A DNA stretch of 64,000 bases from an uncultured Candidatus Saccharibacteria bacterium (GTDB lineage: Bacteria > Patescibacteriota > Minisyncoccia > Phycocordibacterales > Phycocordibacteraceae): NCBI GenBank assembly GCA_964402535.1, contig CAYOCH010000001.1, positions 8,286-72,285 on the forward strand, written 5' to 3'. Numbering within the stretch: the first letter of the stretch is position 1; each line of letters opens with the position of its first letter. The notes under the pieces are model-generated. The model was given only the letters and a program-made list of their open reading frames with translations, did not search any database and was not told where the DNA came from. The position numbers were made by a program, and so were the translations under genes. Below are positions 37,782 through 46,751 of the stretch, one piece after another.

Positions 37782-38636
37782 ATGGAGATACGCGAGCTTG
37801 CGAAGGAGGAGTGGCCTGCACAACTACGGGAGATCCCGCAACCGCCGAAGCGCCTCTGGGCGCGGGGCGTGCTACCGCCGAGAGAGAACAAACTCCTCGC
37901 GGTCGTCGGCAGTCGTGCGATGACCCGATACGGCCAAGAGGCGTGCGAGCGGCTCATCATGGGGCTCGCAGGCTACCCCGTCACGATCGTCTCCGGCCTC
38001 GCGCTCGGGGTCGACACCTGCGCCCACAAGGCGGCGCTCGCTGCCGGCCTCCACACGCTCGCCGTGCCGGGCTCGGGTCTCGACGATTCGATCCTCTACC
38101 CAAGGAGCAACCGTCCGTTCGCAAAGCAGCTCCTCGCAAAAGGCGGCGGGATGATCTCTGAGTATGAGCCCGTGACGCCCTCGCACGTGCGCTACTTCCC
38201 CGAGCGCAACCGCATCATGGTCGGCCTCTCCGACGCGGTGCTCGTAGTCGAGGCCGGTGAGAAGTCGGGCACGCTTATCACCGCGCGTCTCGCATCGGAC
38301 TATAACCGTGACCTCTTGTGCATCCCGCATCGGATCGGCGACCCGCACGCGTTCGGCCCGCACCTCTTCATCCGTCTCGGCGCGGCGCTCGTCACCGATG
38401 CGCTTCACATTCTTGAGGTGCTCCACATCCCGCCCCGTGAAGCGAGCTCGACCGCAACGCCGCGCGACTTAACTGACGCCGAATCGGTTGTCTGGGATAT
38501 GATCGCCGAGCCTAAGACGCGCGACGAGATCCTGCGTGGTGCTGCGGGCGGCGCGGGCGAGATCATGACCGCGCTCATCGCGCTCGAGCTGCGCGGCCTC
38601 GCGCGCGAAGAGTTCGGCGCGTGGCATCGCGTTTGA
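37782..38636 (+). CDS. dprA: DNA-processing protein A
   Basis: AVVGSR, IVSGLALGVD, FPERNRIM, EAGEKSGTLITA. Confidence 0.95.
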   Translation: MEIRELAKEEWPAQLREIPQPPKRLWARGVLPPRENKLLAVVGSRAMTRYGQEACERLIMGLAGYPVTIVSGLALGVDTCAHKAALAAGLHTLAVPGSGLDDSILYPRSNRPFAKQLLAKGGGMISEYEPVTPSHVRYFPERNRIMVGLSDAVLVVEAGEKSGTLITARLASDYNRDLLCIPHRIGDPHAFGPHLFIRLGAALVTDALHILEVLHIPPREASSTATPRDLTDAESVVWDMIAEPKTRDEILRGAAGGAGEIMTALIALELRGLAREEFGAWHRV

Positions 38637-39430
38637 ATATTTACATATATAAACATTTAAACGTGACAATCTACTCTTGGAACATGCTCTACCGGAACGC
38701 TGAGCAGGATCGCGCGTTCGACTTCATTTCTCACGCCACCTTCGACATATTCTGCCTGCAGGAGGTGCCGATTGAGTTTTTGCAGAGACTCGAGACGCTG
38801 CCCTACCACGTTGCGCACCGGAGCGAGCGTCTCCTGCTCGGAGAGAAGATCCACAACTATGTCGTCATTCTCTCGAAGCATCCGATCATCGCGACCGGCG
38901 AAGTCCCGCTGCCCGAGTACAAGCACCTCTTGCCGTGGCGCACCCGCCTCTTCGTGACTCTCATGCCCGACCGCATGTTCACCTGGGTGACGAACCGCAA
39001 GAACGTCTACGCGGACATCGAGACGCCACAGGGCTCGATGCGCGTCTTCAACCTGCATCTCATCCTCGCGCGGCCGGCCTGGCGCCTGCACGAGTTCGAG
39101 CTCTCGATGGCTGAGCGCGACCCCTCTCGCCCCACGATCGTCTGCGGCGACTTCAACGTCCTCGAGTCGCCGCACATCACGCCGCTCAACTGGCTCCTCG
39201 GCGGCCCGCTCAGAGATGCCTTCCGCTACCGGCGCGAGCGCACCGTGATGGAGACGCATTTCGTCGAGCACGAACTCGTCAATGCGATTCGCGGCAGGGT
39301 CACGCATCCGTTCTCTCGGTCGCAGCTCGACCACATCCTCGTCTCCTCTTCATTATCGGTGACAGATGCGAGCGTTCTTGCAGAGCGTTACGGTTCTGAC
39401 CACGCTCCGGTGCGTGCAGAAATCGCATAG
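38621..39430 (+). CDS. Endonuclease/exonuclease/phosphatase family protein
   Basis: YSWN, CLQEV, CGDFN, LDHILV, SDHAPV; exact start uncertain. Confidence 0.88.
   Translation: MASRLNIYIYKHLNVTIYSWNMLYRNAEQDRAFDFISHATFDIFCLQEVPIEFLQRLETLPYHVAHRSERLLLGEKIHNYVVILSKHPIIATGEVPLPEYKHLLPWRTRLFVTLMPDRMFTWVTNRKNVYADIETPQGSMRVFNLHLILARPAWRLHEFELSMAERDPSRPTIVCGDFNVLESPHITPLNWLLGGPLRDAFRYRRERTVMETHFVEHELVNAIRGRVTHPFSRSQLDHILVSSSLSVTDASVLAERYGSDHAPVRAEIA
38632..38661. repeat. AT-rich imperfect palindrome at the dprA/EEP junction
   Basis: TTTGAATATTTACATATATAAACATTTAAA, 12 of 15 pairs. Confidence 0.6.
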
Positions 39431-39461
39431 CGACGCTTGACCATATATAGGTGTGCGCGTT

Positions 39462-41864
39462 ATGAGTGAGGGGGTGAGCTCCAAACTACTCATCGTCGAA
39501 TCACCGACCAAGGCGCGCACGATCGGTCACTACCTGGGCAAGGACTACACGGTCCTCGCTTCAGTCGGCCACGTGCGCGATTTGCCCAAGACGAACAAGG
39601 ACGCCGTCGACATCGAGGGCGGCTTCGTGCCGCGCTACGTGATCCCCGCCGAGAAGCGTGAGGTGATCGAGAAGATCGAGCGCGCCGCCAAGAAGGCCGA
39701 CGAGATCTATCTCGCGACCGACCCCGACCGCGAGGGCGAGGCGATCGCGTGGCATATCAAGGAGGTCGCCGGACTGAAGCAGCCTAAGCGCGTCGCCTTT
39801 CACGAGATCACGAAGGAGGCGATCGAGGAGGCGCTCAAGGAGCCGCGCGCGATCGACGAGCACCTGCGCCAGGCGCAGGAAGCCCGCCGCGTGCTCGACC
39901 GCATCGTGGGCTACGACCTCTCCGGCCTCATCTGGAAGAAGGTGCGCTACGGCCTCTCTGCCGGACGCGTGCAGTCACCTGCGCTCCGGATCCTCGCGGA
40001 GCGCGAACGCGAGATCACTTCGTTCATCCCGGTCACGTACTTCGTGCTCTCTGCGCTCTTCACCTCGAAGAAGGGTGAGATCGCCACGACCTGCACCGAG
40101 CAGCCCGCGACGCGCGAGGAGGCCGAGCGGATCGTGCGCGAGGGCAAGAGCGCGTCGTGGCAGGTCGCCGACGTGAGCGAGAAGGCCGAGGAGCGCAACC
40201 CGCGTCCACCCTTCACCACCTCGACGCTGCAGCAGGCAGCCTCGACGCGGCTCGGCTTCGCACCTTCGCGCACGATGCGCGCCGCGCAGAAGCTCTACGA
40301 GGCGGGTCACATCACCTACATGCGTACCGACTCGGTGAACCTCGCGAAGGAGGCGGTCGCCAAGCTCGCCGGCGTCGTCGAGAAACAATTCGGCAAGGAG
40401 TACCTGCAGGTGCGCGCCTACAAGACGACGAGCAAGAACGCCCAGGAGGCGCACGAGGCGATCCGCCCCACCGACCCTTCAAACACGCACGCAGGCGCGA
40501 CGCCTGACGAGACGCATCTCTATGAGCTTATCCGCACGCGCACGCTCGCCTCGCAGATGGCGGCCGCCAAAGTGATGCGCACGTCGATTTCAATACAAGC
40601 AGATAAAATGATTCCGCTCTTCGTCGCGAACGGCTCGCGGGTCATCTTCCCGGGCTGGCTCGCGCTTGACGTGAAGGCGCGCGGCGAGGACGTCGAGCTG
40701 CCGCACGTCGCGAAGGGCGATGCCGTGTCGCTCCTCTCGCTTACCAGTGAAGAGAAGCAGACCGAGCCGCCGAACCGCTACACCGAGGCCGGCCTCATCA
40801 AGGAGCTCGAGAAGCGCGGCATCGGCCGCCCCTCGACCTACGCCTCGATCATGAAGACGATCCAGGATCGCGGCTATGTAGAGAAACTCGGCAGGGCGCT
40901 TAAGCCGACCGCGACCGGCATGGTCGTCTCCGGCTGGCTCGAGGAGCACTTCCCCGAGTATGTGAGCGACACGTTCACCGCCGAGATGGAGGATGAGCTC
41001 GACGAGATCGCCCGCGGAGAGCGCGGCTACACCGAGACGCTCTCGGCCTTTTATGGACCGTTCGAAAAGGCGGTGCACGCCAAGGACAAGCTGCCCAAAG
41101 CGACCTCGCTCGGCAACGTAGACGCCAAGTTCCCCTGCCCGATCTGCGGCGGCCCGATGGAGTTGAAGCTCGGCCGCGGCGGCGTCTTCATGTCCTGCAA
41201 GCGCTACCCGGACTGCGTCGGCGCCCGCACCGAGGACGGCGCTGAGCTCAAAGGTGACGAGCCGATCGGCAGCCACCCCGAGACCGGCGCACCTATATAT
41301 GTGAGGAGCGGCCGCTACGGGCCGTATGTCGAGATGCCCGAGCCCGAACCAAGGTCAGACCTTAAGAATTCGGATCCAAGGTCTGACCTTAGTTCGGGTA
41401 CGAAGAAACGCGGTAAAGGGCGACCGAAGGTCGCTGCCAAGCGCGCGAGCATCCCTGCCGGCACTAAGCCCGAGGACGTGACGCTCGCCGACGCCGTGCG
41501 CTACCTCTCGCTCCCGCGCGAGCTCGGGACGCATCCCTCGACCGGCAAGCCGGTCATCGCCTCCACCGGCCGATTCGGCCCCTACGTCGGGAGCAACGGC
41601 GAGTTCCGCTCACTGAAGAAGCAGGACCCCTACACCGTGACGCTCGACGAGGCGCTCGCGCTCCTTGCGCAGCCCAAGCGGCCGCCCAAGGGCGTCGAGA
41701 TCGTGCGCGAGATCGGCGCGCACCCAAAGTCTGGAAAGCAGCTCGTCCTCTACAAGTCGAAGCAAGGTCTCTTCCTCAAGAAGGGCTTGCGCCGCATCTA
41801 CCTGCCTTCGAATACGAGCGCCGACGCGCTCACGCCCGCAGAAGCGGCCACGTATCTCGCATAA
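39462..41864 (+). CDS. topA: DNA topoisomerase I
   Basis: IVESPTKA, ATDPDREGEAI, SAGRVQS, ITYMRTDS, one Zn ribbon plus GRYGPY/GRFGPY repeats. Confidence 0.98.
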   Translation: MSEGVSSKLLIVESPTKARTIGHYLGKDYTVLASVGHVRDLPKTNKDAVDIEGGFVPRYVIPAEKREVIEKIERAAKKADEIYLATDPDREGEAIAWHIKEVAGLKQPKRVAFHEITKEAIEEALKEPRAIDEHLRQAQEARRVLDRIVGYDLSGLIWKKVRYGLSAGRVQSPALRILAEREREITSFIPVTYFVLSALFTSKKGEIATTCTEQPATREEAERIVREGKSASWQVADVSEKAEERNPRPPFTTSTLQQAASTRLGFAPSRTMRAAQKLYEAGHITYMRTDSVNLAKEAVAKLAGVVEKQFGKEYLQVRAYKTTSKNAQEAHEAIRPTDPSNTHAGATPDETHLYELIRTRTLASQMAAAKVMRTSISIQADKMIPLFVANGSRVIFPGWLALDVKARGEDVELPHVAKGDAVSLLSLTSEEKQTEPPNRYTEAGLIKELEKRGIGRPSTYASIMKTIQDRGYVEKLGRALKPTATGMVVSGWLEEHFPEYVSDTFTAEMEDELDEIARGERGYTETLSAFYGPFEKAVHAKDKLPKATSLGNVDAKFPCPICGGPMELKLGRGGVFMSCKRYPDCVGARTEDGAELKGDEPIGSHPETGAPIYVRSGRYGPYVEMPEPEPRSDLKNSDPRSDLSSGTKKRGKGRPKVAAKRASIPAGTKPEDVTLADAVRYLSLPRELGTHPSTGKPVIASTGRFGPYVGSNGEFRSLKKQDPYTVTLDEALALLAQPKRPPKGVEIVREIGAHPKSGKQLVLYKSKQGLFLKKGLRRIYLPSNTSADALTPAEAATYLA
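41343..41398. repeat. In-frame REPIN-like inverted doublet in topA
   Basis: CCCGAACC-AAGGTCAGACCTT-14 nt-AAGGTCTGACCTT-AGTTCGGG; 20/21 arm match; each 13-mer is itself palindromic. Confidence 0.9.
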
Positions 41865-41899
41865 GACAAAAATAAATGTGCGGGTGTATAGTACCCGCA

Positions 41900-43492
41900 A
41901 TGACGACCGTCAAGGAGATCATCGCCGCGATGGCGGCGCCGTCGCCAGAGGACGTCGCCTTCGTCGAGAAGGCGTACGACTACGCCAAGAAGGCGCATGA
42001 GGGCCAGACCCGCTACTCGGGCGATCCGTATTTCATTCACCCGGCCGCCACCGCCAAGATTCTCGCCGAGTACGGCATGGACGCGACGACGATCGCCGCC
42101 GGCCTCCTGCACGACGCCGTCGAGGACGGCCGCGTCTCGCGGGAGGAGATCGAGAAAGAGTTCGGCAAGGAGCTGATGTTCATCGTCGACGGCGTGACCA
42201 AGCTCGGCACGCACAAGTACCGCGGCGCCGAGCGCCACGCAGAGTCGCTCCGGCGGCTCCTGGTCGCGACCGCGAGCGACATCCGCGTCCTGATCGTGAA
42301 GCTCGCCGACCGCAAGCACAACATGCAGACGCTCGAGTTCGTGCCCGAGCACAAGCGCCGGCGCATCGCGCTCGAGACGCTCGAGATCTATGCGCCGATC
42401 GCCGACCGGCTCGGTATGGGCAAGATGAAGAACAACCTCGAGGATCTCGCCTTCCCCTATGTCGACCCCGATGCCGCCAAGCACGCCGCCGAGGTGCGCA
42501 AGCTCGAGACGCAGGAGACCGAGGACGGTCTTGCCGCCGTGCAGAAGGAGCTCAAGAAAGAGCTCGGCAAGAAAGGGACGACCTTCCGCACTGAGATCCG
42601 GATGAAAGGCCTGTGGAGCCTGCACCAGAAGCTCTCGCGCAAGAACGATGACATCAGCCTGATCCACGACATCGCGGCGCTTCGCATCATCGTCCCCTCG
42701 ATCGAAGACTGCTACACGACGCTCGGGATCGTGCATGCGCTCTACAAGCCGCTGCCGGGCGAGTTTAAGGACTATATCGCCTTCCCGAAGCCGAACGGCT
42801 ACCAGTCGCTCCACACCACCGTCGTGACGCCGGTCGCCGGCATCGTCGAGATCCAGATCCGCACCGAGGAGATGCACAAGGTCGCGCAGTTCGGCATCGC
42901 CTCGCACATGACCTACAAGCAGCTCGGCAAGGGCGTCGAGAAGCTCGGCAAGGAGGTGCAGAAAAGCCGCTTCTCTGCGATCTCGTTCTCGTGGATCCGC
43001 TCGCTCATCCCCTCGCTCATGCGGGTGTCGAAGAGCGACGCTGGCGCGCACGGCGTCGCCAAGGTGCCGCCCTGGCTCGCCGAGCTCGCCGAGGCGCACA
43101 CCGACGTCGCTGGCTCGAAGGAGTTCGTCGAAGGGCTCAAGGAGGACTTCTTCTCGCACCGCGTGTTCGTCTTCACGCCGCAGGGCGACGTGATCGACCT
43201 GCCCTCACAATCGACGCCGATCGATTTCGCCTATGCGATCCACAGCGACCTCGGCGACCATCTGCAGGGCGCGAAGGTCAACGGCAAGCTCGTCTCCTTT
43301 GATACGCAGCTCGGCAACGGCGAGGTCGTCGAGATCATCCGCCGCGACTCAGCGCACCCCTCGCCCAAGTGGCTCGATATCGCGCGCACCTCGCTTGCGC
43401 GCCGGCATATCCGCGCGGCACTCGGCCTGTCAGACGTGAACCCGCGCCCTGGACGCCGTCAGCGCCGATTCTGGAAGAAGCACAGCGCTTAG
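41900..43492 (+). CDS. RelA/SpoT family (p)ppGpp synthetase/hydrolase (HD, SYNTH, TGS; C-terminally short)
   Basis: LLHDAVED, KLADRKHN, KPNGYQSLHT, EIQIRT, TPIDFAYAIH. Confidence 0.93.
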   Translation: MTTVKEIIAAMAAPSPEDVAFVEKAYDYAKKAHEGQTRYSGDPYFIHPAATAKILAEYGMDATTIAAGLLHDAVEDGRVSREEIEKEFGKELMFIVDGVTKLGTHKYRGAERHAESLRRLLVATASDIRVLIVKLADRKHNMQTLEFVPEHKRRRIALETLEIYAPIADRLGMGKMKNNLEDLAFPYVDPDAAKHAAEVRKLETQETEDGLAAVQKELKKELGKKGTTFRTEIRMKGLWSLHQKLSRKNDDISLIHDIAALRIIVPSIEDCYTTLGIVHALYKPLPGEFKDYIAFPKPNGYQSLHTTVVTPVAGIVEIQIRTEEMHKVAQFGIASHMTYKQLGKGVEKLGKEVQKSRFSAISFSWIRSLIPSLMRVSKSDAGAHGVAKVPPWLAELAEAHTDVAGSKEFVEGLKEDFFSHRVFVFTPQGDVIDLPSQSTPIDFAYAIHSDLGDHLQGAKVNGKLVSFDTQLGNGEVVEIIRRDSAHPSPKWLDIARTSLARRHIRAALGLSDVNPRPGRRQRRFWKKHSA

Positions 43493-44448
43493 ACTGAAAA
43501 ATTGGAGACTGAGTAGAGCTCGTCGTCTTCAGACGGCTCCTCGGGCGCGGCCGCCGGGACTGGATCTGGGAGCGCAGCGTTCTCCCGCGCGGCAGCCTCC
43601 TCAGCCTTCTGCTGCGCGGCGAGTGCGTCGGCCAAGACCTGCAGATCCTCTGGAGAGAAGAAGTCGATCATGAGCCGACCGCCTTCTGCGTTCGTCTCGA
43701 TGATGACGCGCGTGCCGAGCGACTCGGTGAGCGCCTTCTCGAGCTCGAGCATCTCTGGCGTCTTGCGGTGGTGCTTGTGGACGCGCTCCTGTGCGATCGA
43801 GCGCGCGATGCGCTCGGCCTGCCGCACTGGCAGCTTCTTCAAGATGATCTCCTTGAAAAGCGTCTCGCGCTCCTCAGGCTTGTCATTGAGCGCCATCAGC
43901 GGGCGCGCATGCCCCTCGGTGATCTCCTTGTTCACGATCGCCATCTGAATGTGATCAGGCAGCGAGAGGAGACGGACAGAATTCGAGACGTACTCGCGGC
44001 TCTTACCGATCTTGGCCGCGGTCTCGGCGTGCGAGATGCCGAACTCGTCGATGAGCTTCTGCAGCGCCTTGGCGCGATCGATCGCGTTCAAGTCTTCGCG
44101 CTGGAGGTTCTCGATGATCGCGAGCTCGAGCTTGGTGAGATTGCTCTCGCCGTGGCGGATCACGACCGGGAGCTGCTTCAGCCCCGCGAGTTTCGACGCG
44201 CGCAAGCGTCGCTCGCCGGCGATAAGCTCGTAGACGCTCTCGAGACCGCCGTCCGGCTTCTCTACTTCGGTGCGGCTCACGACCAAGGGCTGCAGCACGC
44301 CGTATTGGCGGATGCTCTCGGCGAGCGAGGTCAGCCCCGCCTCGCTGAACTCCTTGCGCGGCTGGTACGGATTCGGGACGATACGGTCGGTATCGATCCA
44401 GAAGACCGAGTCGTACTTGGTCGGGATATAGCCCGCATCATCCTTCAT
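43489..44448 (-). CDS. parB: ParB/Spo0J partition protein
   Basis: PNPYQPR, IAGERRLRA, ENLQREDL, HTH GKSREYVSN. Confidence 0.94.
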   Translation of the reverse strand: MKDDAGYIPTKYDSVFWIDTDRIVPNPYQPRKEFSEAGLTSLAESIRQYGVLQPLVVSRTEVEKPDGGLESVYELIAGERRLRASKLAGLKQLPVVIRHGESNLTKLELAIIENLQREDLNAIDRAKALQKLIDEFGISHAETAAKIGKSREYVSNSVRLLSLPDHIQMAIVNKEITEGHARPLMALNDKPEERETLFKEIILKKLPVRQAERIARSIAQERVHKHHRKTPEMLELEKALTESLGTRVIIETNAEGGRLMIDFFSPEDLQVLADALAAQQKAEEAAARENAALPDPVPAAAPEEPSEDDELYSVSNFSV

Positions 44449-44503
44449 ACACTCATTTTAACACAATGAAATCCGCGACCGAAAATGCTAGTGTTAGCGC
44501 ATT

Positions 44504-44585
44504 GCCGGGATGGCGGAATTGGTAGACGCAACGGATTCAAAACCCGTCGACGCAAGTCATGAGAGTTCGATTCTCTCTCCCGGCA
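44504..44585 (+). tRNA. tRNA-Leu(CAA)
   Basis: GCCGGGATGGCGGAATTGGTAGACGC...TTCAAAA, long variable arm. Confidence 0.9.
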
Positions 44586-45245
44586 CTAAAGTTTCCCGAC
44601 GAGATCGAGGCCTGGTTCGAGTGTGTCGTCACCCTCCTCCCACGAGGCCGGACAGACCTGCCCCTTGTGCGTCTCGACGAACTGCGCGGCCTTGAGCTTG
44701 CGCAGGGTCTCGGCGCCCTTGCGGCCGATCGAGTTGTCGTTCACCTCCATGGCGCGCAGGATGCCTGCCGGGTCGATGATGAACGTACCGCGCAGCGCAA
44801 GTCCCTCATCAGCCGTGAGCTGCGGGCCCTCGTCCTCGATCAGGACGCCGAAGGCTGATGCGATCTTGCCAGAAGGATCGGCGCCCATCGGGTACTCGAT
44901 CGCGCGGATGCCCTCGGAGGCGTCCTTCCACGCCTTGTGCGTGAAGACCGTGTCGGTCGACATCGAAATCACCTCGGCGTTGGCCGCCTGGAACTTGGGG
45001 TAGAGCTTCGCCAATTCCTCGAGCTCGGTCGGGCAGACGAACGTGAAGTCCGCCGGATAGAACGCGAGCACGACCCACTTGCCGCGCAGGGCTGAAAGCG
45101 ACATCGTCTTGATCTCGCCGCCATGGAATGCCTCGAACTCTGCATCGGGCGCCGACTGCCCCACCTTGACCTGCGCGGTGTAGTCGACGACCGGATCGTG
45201 GAACTCGCCGCAGTGCTCGCAGTAGTTGCTTTTAGTATCTTTCAT
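44586..45245 (-). CDS. ahpC: 2-Cys peroxiredoxin
   Basis: FYPADFTFVCPTEL and VCPASW; start at MKDTK. Confidence 0.93.
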   Translation of the reverse strand: MKDTKSNYCEHCGEFHDPVVDYTAQVKVGQSAPDAEFEAFHGGEIKTMSLSALRGKWVVLAFYPADFTFVCPTELEELAKLYPKFQAANAEVISMSTDTVFTHKAWKDASEGIRAIEYPMGADPSGKIASAFGVLIEDEGPQLTADEGLALRGTFIIDPAGILRAMEVNDNSIGRKGAETLRKLKAAQFVETHKGQVCPASWEEGDDTLEPGLDLVGKL

Positions 45246-45288
45246 GGGCGTGTTGATTACGTGGAGGCACATGATACCATCGCGCGTG

Positions 45289-46182
45289 ATGACAATACAA
45301 TTACTCGCCATCGCCGGCCCGACCGCCTCGGGCAAATCCTCTCGCGCCGTCGAAGAGGCGCTCACGCGCAACGGCGAGATCATCTCGGTCGACTCGCGTC
45401 AGGTCTACCGCGGGCTCGACATCGGCACCGAGAAGGTTACGGCATCTGAGATGCGCGGTGTGCCGCACCACCTGCTGGATATACGCGAGCCGGAGGAGAC
45501 ATATTCCGCTGGCGAGTTCGTCGCGGATGCGACAACGGCCATTAACGATATCGTCGCTCGCGGCAAGCTGCCGATCCTTGTGGGCGGCTCGCACTTCTAC
45601 TTCGACGCGCTCCTTCAGGGGCTGCCCGACAGCGCCGACCCTGACCCGACGCTCCGCGCAGAGCTCGAGCGGCTCTCTGACGAGGAACTCTGTGCTCGCG
45701 TGCGCGCTGCCGATCCGCGTCGCGCTGCCGAGCTCGACCCCAAGAACCGCCGCCGCTTGATCCGTGCACTCGAGATCATCACCGCCCGCGGCTCCGTCCC
45801 GGAGCGGCGTTCGTTATCTTGTACGACCGTTGAAGATAACGAACACCGGCGACCATTTCAAGCCGAGTGGATCGAGATAAATCCGGATCGGGATGAGCTG
45901 CGGGCGCGGATCGACGCTCGGCTCAAGAGCGCGTTCGAGCGCGGCCTGATCGATGAGGTGCGGCGGGTCCGCGAACGTGTGGGCGACGCGCGGATCAACG
46001 AGCTCGGGCTCGAGTATCGCGTCGTGGGAGAGTTCTTGCGCGACGAGCGCAGTGAGGCATCACTCCTCCCTGCTCTCTCCGCCAAGCTCTGGCAATATGC
46101 CCGCCGGCAGAAGGCCTGGCTGCGCAAGCTCCGCGACGAGAACGTTATTGCGGGAGCGCCGTCGCACCCGGACAGAAGCTGA
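45289..46182 (+). CDS. miaA: tRNA dimethylallyltransferase
   Basis: GPTASGKS, DSRQVYRGLDIGT, PHHLLD, RRLIRALE, YARRQ. Confidence 0.95.
   Translation: MTIQLLAIAGPTASGKSSRAVEEALTRNGEIISVDSRQVYRGLDIGTEKVTASEMRGVPHHLLDIREPEETYSAGEFVADATTAINDIVARGKLPILVGGSHFYFDALLQGLPDSADPDPTLRAELERLSDEELCARVRAADPRRAAELDPKNRRRLIRALEIITARGSVPERRSLSCTTVEDNEHRRPFQAEWIEINPDRDELRARIDARLKSAFERGLIDEVRRVRERVGDARINELGLEYRVVGEFLRDERSEASLLPALSAKLWQYARRQKAWLRKLRDENVIAGAPSHPDRS
45805..45848. repeat. In-frame hairpin in miaA
   Basis: GTTCGTTATCTT-12 nt-AAGATAACGAAC (perfect 12 bp, 45809-45844) with CGG/CCG extension. Confidence 0.8.
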
Positions 46183-46750
46183 AGCCGAGATTCTTGCCTG
46201 CGAATTGCTGATTCACGGGCAGCGTCACTCCCAGGTAGTAATTCAAGCCGCACATCTGCGCTTGCGAGAGCCCGAGCGTTACCTCAAGGAACTGCTCAGC
46301 ATCGAGCCGCGACTGGCCGATCGGTTCTGACGTGAGGTTGATCGTGAAGACCTGTGTCGCTACATCGTAGTACGCATTGAAATCGGCCGCCGTCCCCGCT
46401 TGGCATTTCGACTGATCCGTGAGGCAGGTACCGAGATTCCCTGCAAGGAGATAATTCCCGCTGTTGGCCTTGTCAGCGAGTGTGACGCCGTTACGTATGA
46501 AATTGCTCGTCGTCACTACCGTCCCGTCTCGCAGCGTGATGCTCATCATCTTCGCCTCCGGCGTACTGGTGCCCGAGGAAGCGCCGGTCGTGTAGGGCGT
46601 CACCGAACCGCTCGTCGGCAAGGTCGTCGTCGTGGTCGGCTGCGTATTGTTGGTGGTCGATGATTTCGGCGCGAACAAGAGATACCACGCAGCGGCTACT
46701 ACAACCGCTCCGACAATGACGATGACTACGCCGGTAAGAACCTTTTTCAT
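46145..46750 (-). CDS. Membrane-anchored exported hypothetical protein (Thr-rich linker, 4 Cys)
   Basis: MKKVLTG TM; starts 1 nt after the pilin-fusion stop. Confidence 0.8.
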   Translation of the reverse strand: MKKVLTGVVIVIVGAVVVAAAWYLLFAPKSSTTNNTQPTTTTTLPTSGSVTPYTTGASSGTSTPEAKMMSITLRDGTVVTTSNFIRNGVTLADKANSGNYLLAGNLGTCLTDQSKCQAGTAADFNAYYDVATQVFTINLTSEPIGQSRLDAEQFLEVTLGLSQAQMCGLNYYLGVTLPVNQQFAGKNLGFSFCPGATALPQ

Positions 46751-46751
46751 A

